Below, piece after piece: positions 19,629 to 29,058 of a DNA stretch of 64,000 nt. Both the position numbers and the translations under genes were made by a program. The notes under the pieces are model-generated. The model was given only the letters and a program-made list of their open reading frames with translations, was not told the origin of the DNA and made no database searches. Source of the DNA: an uncultured Gemmatimonadales bacterium. Its GTDB lineage: Bacteria > Gemmatimonadota > Gemmatimonadetes > Longimicrobiales > RSA9. The stretch lies in the NCBI GenBank assembly GCA_963708135.1, contig OY970192.1, positions 4,960,001 to 5,024,000 on the forward strand. The letters are read 5' to 3'. Every line of letters begins with the position of its first letter. The stretch's first letter is position 1.

Positions 19629-20344
19629 CAGACTGATACACGATGCGCTGAGGAGCCTGGGTCCGAAACCCGGGCCGCGAGCCAAACAGTCCGAAAAGAA
19701 ACGCTTCTCGGAACGCCTTTCTCAGGTCGTTGCCGAGGCATTCGCAGCCGAACTCCGTGAGCGGGGACTCTCCGGTGCGCAGCCGGGTTCCGAGCGCGAG
19801 GGGCGTAGCGGAGCCGAGCGCCGGATGAGCGGCGGGATTGGTGCGAAGAAGGTTGAACGTTACGTGGGCAACAGAAGAGTCTGGCCTTCTGCTGGCCATT
19901 TCGGTAAAGACGATCAACTTCAAGGACAAGCGTAGTGGCAATTACCAGAAAAATCTAACGAACAGACGCGGCGATCTGCTGTTTGAGGCCGTCACGCTCC
20001 ATCGGAAATTTCCATACGCCGTGCTGGCGGGGTTCTTCATCCTAGACACCGAGGCTGCGCGCGACGAGAGCGATCGACGTCGGTCGACGTTCGAGAATGC
20101 GCATCTCCGGCTTAAGCTGTTTACCGGGCGCAGCGATCCTGCCGGGCGGGACGAACAATACGAGCGCCTCTACATAGTCCTTCTTGATGCGTCCGGCGAC
20201 AATCCAAAGTTCGAGGCTTACGAGGCGGGGAGGCTGCGCGATCCTGTCCTGCTCGAGCGTGCGTTCAACGAGTTGATCGAACTCGTGGTGGAGCGCGACC
20301 CCGACTTCTACGAGTCGATCGGCGGAGTAATCAACAAGCTCTAA
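19615..20344 (+). pseudogene. Type II restriction endonuclease (PD-(D/E)xK-like), +1 frameshift at about 19856
   Basis: Removing one A from GTTGAACGTTACG joins two ORFs into 242 aa reading ...GAKKVDVTWATEESGLLLAISVKTINF...KNLTNRRGD; overlaps the MTase stop. Confidence 0.75.
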
Positions 20345-20385
20345 CCCGCCCACGCTCGCCTCCGCGCTGCGAATCGCCCTCGCCC

Positions 20386-22644
20386 TCACCTCCCCGTGTA
20401 CGTCACCCCGACCGAGATCGTGCGCGGCAGGCCCTGGTACTCGAGCGGGCCGGCGAGGTTGACGAGATAGCTCTCGTCGGTGGCGTTCTGCACGTCCAGC
20501 GAGAGGTCCAGCCCGCGCATCACCGGGTAGCCGGCGTGCAGCCCGAGCACGTCGTAGGGCGCGAGGGCGGCCTTGCTGATGGTGCTGCTCCACCCCTCGT
20601 GGCGGTAGGTCACGGCGTAGCTGCCGTGGCGCGGCGCGTCGTAGGTCAGGCGGGCGCTGGCCTGGTGCAGCGGCACGCGGGCCACGCGCAGGCCCACGTT
20701 GGCGGGATTCGCGTCGCCGGTGATCTTCGCGTCGTCGTAGGCGTAGGCCCCGGTGAGGCGGAGCGCGTCCGTGAGCTGCACCGCCAGCTCGCCCTCGCCG
20801 CCGCGGCTGCGCGTGCGGCCGACGTTCTCGCGCATGAGGGTGTTGTTGCCCTGGAAGACGAAGGTGGCGAGGTCGCGCAGGTCGTTCTGGAAGTAGGTGG
20901 CGCGCACGTTCACGGCCGGGATCGGCGCCCAGTTGAAGCCGGCATCGTAGCCGGTGAGGTGCTCGGGGCCGAGGTCGGGATTGCCGTGGAAGGCCAGCGG
21001 CCCCGAGTGGAAGGTGCGGTACTGCTCGCTGAGGGTGGGGGCCCGGAAGCCGCGGTAGACGGAGCCGCGCAGCGCCAGGCCGCCGCCGATGGCCCAGCGC
21101 ACCCCGAGCGAGGGGGAGAGCGCCGCGTCGCCGCGCGTGGGCTCGGCGGTCACGGCGCCCTGCAGGTCGGTGAGCGAGCCGTTGTAGGTGCGCCAGCCGT
21201 CCACGCGCACGGCGCCCTGGATGCGCAGCGCCTCTACGGGGGCGAGGAGCACCTGTGCGAACGCGCCGCCGAGCAGCTGCGAGCCGCCGGCCGTGCGGGT
21301 GCCGGCGATCGAGCTGCCCTGGTAGACGTCCTCGTACATGCGGCCGTGAACCAGGCGGAAGTCGCCGCCCAGCACGAGCGCGCTGCGGGCAGGCAGGGCG
21401 CGGTTCCACTGGAGGGTGCCGCCCAGCTCGTCGCTGGGGATGGACTGGTCGGAGATGCGGCTCTCGAGGGTGCGCTCCGGGTTCGCGGCCGACTGGTGGG
21501 AGTCGTAGCGCTCGACCACGCCGAAGAGGTCGAGGCGGGCCTGCCCGCCGTCCGCGCCGCCGGCGGTGGCGCCCGCGCGGGCCGTGTAGATCTGTCGGCT
21601 GGACGTGCTGAACGGCGTGCCGAGGTCGCGGTCCTCGTCCAGCACGGAGGCGCCGAAGCGGAGCGAGCGGTCCGCGGCGAGGGTGTATTCGCCGCGCACG
21701 CCGGCGTTACGCTCCGTCGCATGGCTGCGCGTGTCGATGGGGCCCTGCTGCGCGGAGCTGAGCAGCGTGTAGCCGCCGCCGGCGTTCACGCGCGCGTCCG
21801 CGGCGATCGCGAGGCGGCCGCGGATGTCGCTGGCGACGACGGAAGCGTCGGCCATGCCGCGGCTGCCGCCGGAGAGCTGCGCCCACAGGGAGCGCGGCGT
21901 GATCGGGCGGGTGACGAGCTGGATGACGCCGCCCATGGCGTTGGTGCCGTAGAGGCTGGAGGCGTCGCCCTCCAGGATCTCGACCTGGTTGACCATCGAC
22001 TTGGGCACGAGGGGCCAGTCCACCCACTCGCCCCAGGGGTCGTTGAGCGGCACGCCGTCGGCCAGCACGAGGGTGCGGCCCTCGTCCGTGCCGCGGATGG
22101 CCACGATCTGCTCGGCGCCCGAGACGGTGCCGCTGGTGCGCGGCAGCTCGACGGCCGGCACCTCGTGCAGCATGTCGCTCACCGTGCGGGCGGGGCTCGT
22201 GCGCACCTGCTCGCGGCCGATCACGTCGAGCTGCGAGGTGACCTGCGCCGCCGCGATGGGCGTGCGCGTGGCCGTGACGACCACGCCCGAGAGCAGCACG
22301 GGCCCGCGCTCCAGCGCCAGCTCCAGCCGGGCGGTCTGCCCCGCGGCGAGCGTGACCTCGCGGCGCAGCGTGGCGTGCCCGATGTCGCCGACCTCGAGCA
22401 CGTAGCGGCCGGGCGCGAGCGAGCCCAGCCGGAAGTGGCCGGCCTCGTCCGCGAACGCGCCGCGCAGCGTGCCGACGAGCGTCACCTGGGCGCCGGGCAG
22501 CGGCGCGCCCGTGGCCGCGGCCGTGACGGTGCCCTCGATGGCTCCGGGCTGCTGGGCCGCCAGCGGAGCGCGGGGCAGGAGGAGCGCGGCCGCGAGCACG
22601 GCGGCACGCGCGGAGTGGAGGACTGCGCCGCGAGGCTGCTTCAT
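20386..22644 (-). CDS. TonB-dependent receptor with N-terminal carboxypeptidase-regulatory-like domain
   Basis: Signal peptide, VVVTATR, plug motifs (IRG, LADGVPLND, SSLYGTNAMGGVI), FRAP and NPDL motifs. Confidence 0.9.
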   Translation of the reverse strand: MKQPRGAVLHSARAAVLAAALLLPRAPLAAQQPGAIEGTVTAAATGAPLPGAQVTLVGTLRGAFADEAGHFRLGSLAPGRYVLEVGDIGHATLRREVTLAAGQTARLELALERGPVLLSGVVVTATRTPIAAAQVTSQLDVIGREQVRTSPARTVSDMLHEVPAVELPRTSGTVSGAEQIVAIRGTDEGRTLVLADGVPLNDPWGEWVDWPLVPKSMVNQVEILEGDASSLYGTNAMGGVIQLVTRPITPRSLWAQLSGGSRGMADASVVASDIRGRLAIAADARVNAGGGYTLLSSAQQGPIDTRSHATERNAGVRGEYTLAADRSLRFGASVLDEDRDLGTPFSTSSRQIYTARAGATAGGADGGQARLDLFGVVERYDSHQSAANPERTLESRISDQSIPSDELGGTLQWNRALPARSALVLGGDFRLVHGRMYEDVYQGSSIAGTRTAGGSQLLGGAFAQVLLAPVEALRIQGAVRVDGWRTYNGSLTDLQGAVTAEPTRGDAALSPSLGVRWAIGGGLALRGSVYRGFRAPTLSEQYRTFHSGPLAFHGNPDLGPEHLTGYDAGFNWAPIPAVNVRATYFQNDLRDLATFVFQGNNTLMRENVGRTRSRGGEGELAVQLTDALRLTGAYAYDDAKITGDANPANVGLRVARVPLHQASARLTYDAPRHGSYAVTYRHEGWSSTISKAALAPYDVLGLHAGYPVMRGLDLSLDVQNATDESYLVNLAGPLEYQGLPRTISVGVTYTGR

Positions 22645-22896
22645 GAAAGTCATCTCCGGACGCCGACGCGGGGCGGCTTGCATTCGAGTGGCGCGGTGCG
22701 CGCACGACACGCCTCCGCGAGAGGAGGCCGGGACAAGATAGGCGTTCGGCTGCGGGGCGAAAAGCCGCCCCGTCGCGGCCGGAGACTTGCCTCCCGGGCC
22801 GCGCGGGTCTAGCTCCGTTGGCGGACACGCCGCGGCCGGCGGGCGCCCCGCTGGCGCGCGGCGGGCTGGGGCGATCGGGAGGGGAAAGGACCGAGA

Positions 22897-24219
22897 TTGG
22901 CGGACCGGGAACCGAACGACGGCGGGCCGACGCTGCTGCGCGCGCTGCGGCACCGCAACTACCGGCTGTTCTTCAGCGGGCAGAGCGTCTCCCTGATCGG
23001 CACGTGGATCACGCGCGTGGCCACGAGCTGGCTGGTGTGGCGGCTCACGCACTCGGCCGGGATGCTCGGCATCGTCGGCTTCACGGGGCAGATCCCGACC
23101 TTCCTGCTGGGCCCGTTCGCCGGCGTCTGGGTCGACCGGCTGGACCGCTACAGGGTGCTGCTCACGGCGCAGATCCTGTTCATGGTGCAGGCGTTCGCGC
23201 TCGCGGCGCTGGCGCTGACGGGCGTGATCCAGATCTGGCACGTGCTCGTGCTGCAGGCGCTCCAGGGCGTGATCCGCGCCTTCGACACCCCCTCCCGCCA
23301 GTCCTTCCTGATCGACATGATCGAGGACCCCGCCGACCTCTCGAACGCGATCGCCCTCAACTCCTCGATGGTGAACGGCGCGCGCCTGATCGGCCCCTCC
23401 GTCGCCGGGCTGGTCATCGCGTGGGTGGGCGAGGGCTGGTGCTTCCTGGCCGACGGCGTGAGCTACCTCGCCGTCATCGCCTCGCTGCTGCTCATGCACG
23501 TCGCGCGGCGGCAGCGCGCGCGCACCGAGACGAACGTGCTGCAGGACCTCCGCGACGGCTTCCGCTACGCGTTCGGCTTCGCGCCGATCCGCGCCGTCCT
23601 GCTGCTGCTTGCGCTGGTCAGCGTGTTCGGCATGCCGTACACGGTGCTGATGCCCGTGATCGCCGCCGAGACGCTGCACGGCGGCGCGCACACGCTCGGC
23701 TTCCTCATGGGGGCGACGGGGGTCGGCGCGCTCGCCGGCGCGCTCTACCTCGCCTCGCGCACGAGCGTCGTCGGCCTGGGCCGGCTGATCCCGATCGCCT
23801 CCTCCATCTTCGGCCTCGGGCTCATCTCGTTCGGCCTCTCCCGCGCGCTCTGGCTCTCGCTCCTGCTCATGCTCGTCACCGGCGTCGGCTTCATGATCCA
23901 GATGGCCGCGAGCAACACCGTCATCCAGACGCTCGTGCGCGAGGACATGCGCGGCCGCGTCATGGCCTTCTACGCCATGGCCTTCCTCGGCATGGCGCCC
24001 TTCGGCAGCCTGCTCGCCGGCGCCGTGGCCGGCCGCATCGGCGCGCCCGAAACGGTCACCGCCGGCGGGGTGGTCTGCATCGTCGGGGCGTTCGCGTTCC
24101 GCCGCCAGCTGCCGCGGCTGCGCTCGATCGTGCGGCCGATCTACGTCGAGAAGGGGATCCTGCCCGAGGTGGCGAGCGGCCTGGGCAGCGCGACGGGGCT
24201 GCGCGAGGAGGTGGGATGA
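22897..24219 (+). CDS. MFS transporter (MFS_3-like)
   Basis: About 12 TM helices; ALRHRNYRLFF, GVWVDRLDR, MRGRVMA; TTG start after AAGGA. Confidence 0.9.
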   Translation: MADREPNDGGPTLLRALRHRNYRLFFSGQSVSLIGTWITRVATSWLVWRLTHSAGMLGIVGFTGQIPTFLLGPFAGVWVDRLDRYRVLLTAQILFMVQAFALAALALTGVIQIWHVLVLQALQGVIRAFDTPSRQSFLIDMIEDPADLSNAIALNSSMVNGARLIGPSVAGLVIAWVGEGWCFLADGVSYLAVIASLLLMHVARRQRARTETNVLQDLRDGFRYAFGFAPIRAVLLLLALVSVFGMPYTVLMPVIAAETLHGGAHTLGFLMGATGVGALAGALYLASRTSVVGLGRLIPIASSIFGLGLISFGLSRALWLSLLLMLVTGVGFMIQMAASNTVIQTLVREDMRGRVMAFYAMAFLGMAPFGSLLAGAVAGRIGAPETVTAGGVVCIVGAFAFRRQLPRLRSIVRPIYVEKGILPEVASGLGSATGLREEVG

Positions 24220-24316
24220 ACGCGCGCTCACCACGGCCGCTCGCCCCTTCCCCGCCCGGACGCCGCATCGTACTCTAGGGCCGTCCGCCCGCCCAACGCA
24301 CACCCGGAGGTTCACG

Positions 24317-26443
24317 GTGACCGTCTCCTTGCGCCGTCGCAGGTCTGCCCGCCGCGTTCCGCGCGCGCTGCCCGCGGGGCTCGTCGTGTCCGCAGCGCTC
24401 GCCCTGGCCGGGGCCGGCTGCGCGCGGCGGGGCGGCTCGGCCGCGCCCGCCTCCATCAAGGGCGACTGGGACTACTATCGCACCATGGGCGCGACGCCCA
24501 CGGGCGGGTGGGAGGGGCGGCGTCGCTTCGCGTTCGCGCACTTCGAGGGGCCGGACACGACCGGCGCGTGGCTGAAGCGCCGGACCGGGCGGCCGATGCA
24601 GGACATCCAGGCCGTGGGCGTCTCCGGCGACTCGCTGGTGCTGGGGTTCGCGCGCGACGCCTCGCTGCGCGGCCAGATCCGCGGCGACACCATCGCCGGG
24701 CTGCTCTTCCGGGGCGGCAGTCCCGCGGAGCGCGTGTGGCTGGTGCGGCGCACGTCGCCTCCCGACTTCGAGCCGGACTACCGCCTGTGGAACGGGCCGG
24801 TCTCGGACTCGACCTACGCGGTCACGATCAATGCGGCGGTGCCAATGCACGCGCGCGACGGCACGGTGCTCATGAGCTTCGTCGCCAGGCCGGTGGGGAA
24901 GGGGCCGTTCGGCGTCGTCATGGAGCGCACGCCCTACCTGCGCTGGGACACGGCGGCGGGGCGCTTCTGGGCGACGCGCGGCTACATCTACGTGAAGCAG
25001 GACGTGCGCGGCCGTGGCGGCTCGGGCGGCGTGCTGGACATGAACGACAAGCAGATCGAGGACGGCTACGACGCGGTGGAGTGGGCCGGCACGCTGCCGG
25101 CGGCCAACGGCAGGGTCGGCATGATCGGCCGCTCGAACCCGGGGCTCTACGCGTGGTACGCGGCCATCGCCGCACCGCCGCACCTGGCCGCCATCGCGCC
25201 GGCCGTCGCCACGGCGGACCCGGTCCGGATCGTCCCCTACATCGACATGGTCTTCTCGCCCACCGTCGTGCCCTGGCTGTGCCTCACGAAGGTCAAGGAC
25301 AAGCTGAGCGACATGAGCAATGTGGCTGAGGTCCGCGCCTTCAACCACCTGCCCGTCATCGATGCGGACACCATCGCCGGGTGTCCGCGGCGGCAGTTCT
25401 GGCTGGACTGGTTCGACCACGAGACGCAGGATGCCTACTGGAAGCGCCTCGGCGTCGAGAACCACCTCGACCACGTGAAGGTGCCGGTGCTCGGCATCGC
25501 CGGCTGGCACGACGACGCGCGCGGCACCATCCGCAACTACGCCGTGATGAGCCGGCTGCCGCACCACCCGTTCCTGCGCGTGGTGATGGACGCGGGCGCG
25601 CACAAGGGGATCGACTACGTGCACGGCCACTTCGGGCCCCACGCCCGGATCGACTCGCGCATGCTCCAGCTGCGCTGGTTCGACCACTACCTGAAGGGGA
25701 TCGACAACGGCGTGGACCGGGAGCCGCCGCTCGACTTCTTCATCATGGGGCGAAACCAGTGGCAGCAGTTCGAGCAGTGGCCGCCGAAGGGTACGCGCGC
25801 CACGAGCTTCTACCTGCACTCCGCCGGCCGCGCCAACACCTCGTCAGGCGACGGCTCGCTCGACACCGTCCCGCCCGCCGCCGAGCCCGCGGATACCTTC
25901 ACCTACGACCCCGCCGACCCGACGCCGTACCTGGTGGATGCGCGCGAGCTCGAGCTCAGCCTGAACGAGGACTATGCGGACGTCGAGCGACGGCGCGGCG
26001 ACATGCTGGTCTTCACGACGAAGCCGCTCGCCGACTCGCTCGAGCTGGTCGGCCCGATGTCCGCCACCATCTACGCGGCGACGGACGCGCGCGACACCGA
26101 CTGGCACGTCATGCTCCTCGACGTCTTCCCGGACGGCCGCGCCATGCGCATCCAGGACGGCATCATGCGCGCCCGCTTCCGCAACGGCTTCGACAGGCCG
26201 AAGCTGCTCACGCCCGGCAAGGTCGAGAAGTACGACATCGACCTCTGGTTCACCGGGCAGGTGATCCCGCCGGGGCACCGCGTGCGGGTGACAGTCGAGT
26301 CGGCGGCGTTCCCGAAGTACGACCGCAACCTGAACACGGGGGGCGACAACGAGCGCGACACCACGTTCGTCGCCGCGCACCAGAGGGTGCTGCATGACGC
26401 GGAGCACGCGTCGCACGTGACGCTGCCGGTGATCCAGGAGTAA
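24317..26443 (+). CDS. CocE/NonD family hydrolase (lipoprotein) with an extra N-terminal domain
   Basis: ERTPY, QDVRGRGGS, DGYDAVEW, GWHD, PepX_C-like C-terminus (FPKYDRNLNTG). Confidence 0.85.
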   Translation: MTVSLRRRRSARRVPRALPAGLVVSAALALAGAGCARRGGSAAPASIKGDWDYYRTMGATPTGGWEGRRRFAFAHFEGPDTTGAWLKRRTGRPMQDIQAVGVSGDSLVLGFARDASLRGQIRGDTIAGLLFRGGSPAERVWLVRRTSPPDFEPDYRLWNGPVSDSTYAVTINAAVPMHARDGTVLMSFVARPVGKGPFGVVMERTPYLRWDTAAGRFWATRGYIYVKQDVRGRGGSGGVLDMNDKQIEDGYDAVEWAGTLPAANGRVGMIGRSNPGLYAWYAAIAAPPHLAAIAPAVATADPVRIVPYIDMVFSPTVVPWLCLTKVKDKLSDMSNVAEVRAFNHLPVIDADTIAGCPRRQFWLDWFDHETQDAYWKRLGVENHLDHVKVPVLGIAGWHDDARGTIRNYAVMSRLPHHPFLRVVMDAGAHKGIDYVHGHFGPHARIDSRMLQLRWFDHYLKGIDNGVDREPPLDFFIMGRNQWQQFEQWPPKGTRATSFYLHSAGRANTSSGDGSLDTVPPAAEPADTFTYDPADPTPYLVDARELELSLNEDYADVERRRGDMLVFTTKPLADSLELVGPMSATIYAATDARDTDWHVMLLDVFPDGRAMRIQDGIMRARFRNGFDRPKLLTPGKVEKYDIDLWFTGQVIPPGHRVRVTVESAAFPKYDRNLNTGGDNERDTTFVAAHQRVLHDAEHASHVTLPVIQE

Positions 26444-26460
26444 AGAAGGGGAAGCGCGCG

Positions 26461-27204
26461 ATGCAGTTCGACAGACCGTGGTTGGCGGCCGGGATTCTGG
26501 CGCTCGGGATTGCGCTCGCGGGGGCGTTCGCGGGCATCGGCTTCGCGCGCGGGCGGGCAAGCGAGCGCTACGTCACGGTGAAGGGTGTGGCGGAGCGGGA
26601 CGTCCGGGCCGACCTGGCGATCTGGCCGCTCCAGCTCGTGGTGGCGGACGATGACCTCGGCCGCGCCCACGCCGAGCTCGAGCGCGACGTGAGTCGGATC
26701 ATGGCCTTCCTGGCCGCCCGGCAGGTGGACACCGCGGGCGTCGAGCTGCAGGGCTTCTCCGTCTCCGACGCGCGTGCCAACCAGTACGCCGGCAATCAGC
26801 GCGCGGCCACCCGCTTCGTGCTGCATCAGACCGTGGTGGTCCGCTCCGACCACCCCGAGCGTGTGCTCGCCGCCAGCCAGCACGTGGGCGACCTGGCCAG
26901 CGCCGGCGTCACGCTCTCCTCCGGTCCCGGCGGCGGCTACGGCCCCGGCGGCGGGCCGACCTTCGTCTTCTCCCGGCTGAACGCGCTCAAGCCGTCCATG
27001 ATCGCCGCGGCCACGGCGCGCGCCCGCGAAGCCGCCGAGCAGTTCGCCCGCGACTCCGGCAGCCGCCTCGCCGGCATCCGGCGCGCCAACCAGGGCGTGT
27101 TCGTGATCCTGCCCCGCGACCAGGCGCCCGGGATCGCCGAGGGCAGCGAGATCGACAAGACGGTGCGCGTGGTGTCAACCGTGGAGTACGGGCTGAAGGA
27201 GTAG
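26461..27204 (+). CDS. SIMPL (DUF541) domain protein
   Basis: VTVKGVAERDVRADLAIW, ARAREAAEQFA, KTVRVV. Confidence 0.85.
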   Translation: MQFDRPWLAAGILALGIALAGAFAGIGFARGRASERYVTVKGVAERDVRADLAIWPLQLVVADDDLGRAHAELERDVSRIMAFLAARQVDTAGVELQGFSVSDARANQYAGNQRAATRFVLHQTVVVRSDHPERVLAASQHVGDLASAGVTLSSGPGGGYGPGGGPTFVFSRLNALKPSMIAAATARAREAAEQFARDSGSRLAGIRRANQGVFVILPRDQAPGIAEGSEIDKTVRVVSTVEYGLKE

Positions 27205-27215
27205 GGGGCTGCCTG

Positions 27216-27397
27216 TGCGAGCAAAATCGCGCAGTCGGCGCTGGCGCGAGCGGCGCGATCGAGATTTCGCTCGCAGAGCGGGATGAATCTCGCAGGGACC
27301 GTGCGAGCCCCCGGTCGCGTGCGAGATTTCGCTCGCCTGGCGAGACGAAGCTGGATTGCGGGTCGCGAGATGGCGACCATTACGAGAAATCGCTCGC
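27216..27397. repeat. Degenerate REP/BIME-like array
   Basis: CGAGATTTCGCTCGC-like units at 27260, 27322 and 27383, interleaved with inverted copies (e.g. 27216-27231). Confidence 0.6.
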
Positions 27398-27489
27398 TCC
27401 CGTGCTCAGCATACATCAGGACCCGCCCGAGCGGCCCGTCTGCTCCCGGTACACGCAGCCCGCAGCCCGTCCGTGTTGCCGCAGGGGTC

Positions 27490-28293
27490 CTACGCACAGC
27501 ACCGAGCGAACAGCGCCAGGGTCCGCGCCCAGGCATCGCGGGCGGCATCGAGGCGGTACGATGGCCGGGTGTCGTTGAAGAAGGCGTGCCCGGTGTCGGG
27601 ATAGATGTGGACCTCGACGTCATGGCCGGCGGCGCGCAGGGCCTGCTCGAAGGCGGGGACGCCGGAGGTGATGCGCTCATCCTGCTCGCCGTAGAAGCCG
27701 ATCAGCGGGCAGGCGAGGTCCTTCATGATCTCCGGGTCCGGCGAGGGGCCGTAGTAGATGGCGGCGGCGCACAGCCCGGGGTCGGCGCCGGCGAGGCGGG
27801 CGGAGAGGTTGCCGCCCAGGCAGTAGCCGGTGCTGGCGACGCGGCCGGTGCAGCGCTCGTCCTTGCGCAGCGCGCGGGCGACGCCGAGCAGCGTGCGTGT
27901 CCACGCGTTGACGGGGCGGTCGGGGCGGAGCACGAGCGCCATGGTCTCGGACAGGGCGTCGCGGCGCTCCGGCTCGAGCTCGGCCAGGGCGGCGTCGCGC
28001 GCGGCGGTGTCGCGCCAGACGGCGGGAGGCGCCTCATCGAGGAAGGCCTTCAGCGCGTTGATGCGCTCCGCCGCCAGCGCGGCCGGGCGCGTCCCGTCCT
28101 GCGCGTACAGGTCCGGCGCCACGGCCAGGTAGCCGGCGGTGGCGAAGCGGTCGGCGAGGTCCTCGATGTGGTCGTCGACGCCCCACACCTCCTGGATGAC
28201 GACGACGGCCGGCAGCGCGCCCCTCGCGTTCGCCGGCCGTGCGGCGTACGACGGCGTCCCGGCGAGGACGAGCTCCTCACTGACCAGCTTCAT
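27490..28293 (-). CDS. Dienelactone hydrolase family protein
   Basis: QEVWG, APDLY, nucleophile GYCLGG, YPDTGHAF. Confidence 0.9.
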   Translation of the reverse strand: MKLVSEELVLAGTPSYAARPANARGALPAVVVIQEVWGVDDHIEDLADRFATAGYLAVAPDLYAQDGTRPAALAAERINALKAFLDEAPPAVWRDTAARDAALAELEPERRDALSETMALVLRPDRPVNAWTRTLLGVARALRKDERCTGRVASTGYCLGGNLSARLAGADPGLCAAAIYYGPSPDPEIMKDLACPLIGFYGEQDERITSGVPAFEQALRAAGHDVEVHIYPDTGHAFFNDTRPSYRLDAARDAWARTLALFARCCA

Positions 28294-28440
28294 GGTTCTC
28301 CCCTTCCTTCGAGGGACCGGTGCGGCGGGCAAGAGGGATCGCGAAAGGTAGAAGGATCGTGCGCGGCTCGCGACGCCAGGCGCGGGACGGGCGACGCTCG
28401 CGGCTCGTTCCCCGGCGCAAGAAGGGCACCTCGGGGCGAT

Positions 28441-28605
28441 GAGGCGGCCTCGCGGCGTGAGGCACCCTCGCGGCGTGAGGGCACCCTCACGGCGTGAGGC
28501 ACCCTCGCCGCGTGAGGGCACCCTCGCGGCGTGAGGCCCCCTCGCGGCGTGAGGCACCCTCGCGGCGTGAGGGCACCCTCGCGGCGTGAGGCACCCTCGC
28601 GGCGG
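28441..28605. repeat. Tandem repeat, 9 x 18-19 bp (GAGG(G)CACCCTCGCGGCGT)
   Basis: Units counted directly. Confidence 0.9.
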
Positions 28606-28636
28606 CCGCGGGTCCGGAACTGCCTGTCCCGGAGAC

Positions 28637-28814
28637 AACGGAGGAAACGGAGGGAACGGAGCGGGGGGTCAGGGATGGCGGCGGAGAAGGCCGGCCAACG
28701 GGCGCTCTCCGAAACCGGGATCCGTTCCTTAGTCCAGGCGTCTGGGGCGCTTCGCTACACGGGGGCCGGGGGGAATGGTACGTTCCGTTCTCAGTTCCCT
28801 CCGTTTCCCCCGTT
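28637..28814. repeat. 21-bp inverted repeat pair
   Basis: AACGGAGGAAACGGAGGGAAC (28637-28657) vs GTTCCCTCCGTTTCCCCCGTT (28794-28814), 1 mismatch. Confidence 0.8.
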
Positions 28815-28843
28815 TGCTCCGTGTCAACGCAGTTGGAACCCAG

Positions 28844-29040
28844 AGCAGGCGCCGCCGGTGAGGTGGGCCGACAACGCCGATCCCGCCCCGGTGAGGCCCC
28901 TGGCAAGGCCAGCAGGCGCCGCCCGCGAGGTGGGCCGACAACGGCCGATCCCGCCCGGTGAGGCCCCTGGTAAGGCCAGCCGGCGCCGCCGGTGAGGTGA
29001 GCCGGTAACGCCGATCCCGCCCCCGGTGAGGCCCCCGGCG
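28844..29040. repeat. Tandem repeat, about 3 x 67 bp
   Basis: Units start at 28844, 28911 and 28978 (AGCAGGCGCCGCC...GGTGAGGCCCCTGG). Confidence 0.85.
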
Positions 29041-29058
29041 GCGTCGGCCGGCGCCGCT

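Larger units (their letters stand above)
17800..20344. mobile_element. Lower-GC horizontally acquired R-M islet
   Basis: Abrupt increase in A/T at third codon positions between the hmuV stop and the TonB receptor stop; no integrase or transposase seen. Confidence 0.6.

Noticed and set aside
22645..22896. Riboswitch upstream of the TonB receptor
   Set aside because: Short hairpins only; no cobalamin or TPP consensus seen.
27216..27397. Possible degenerate CRISPR array
   Set aside because: Only about 3 poorly conserved units with alternating orientation; no leader or cas genes.
28441..29040. Possible CRISPR array
   Set aside because: Units are head-to-tail with no unique spacers, and there are no cas genes in the window.
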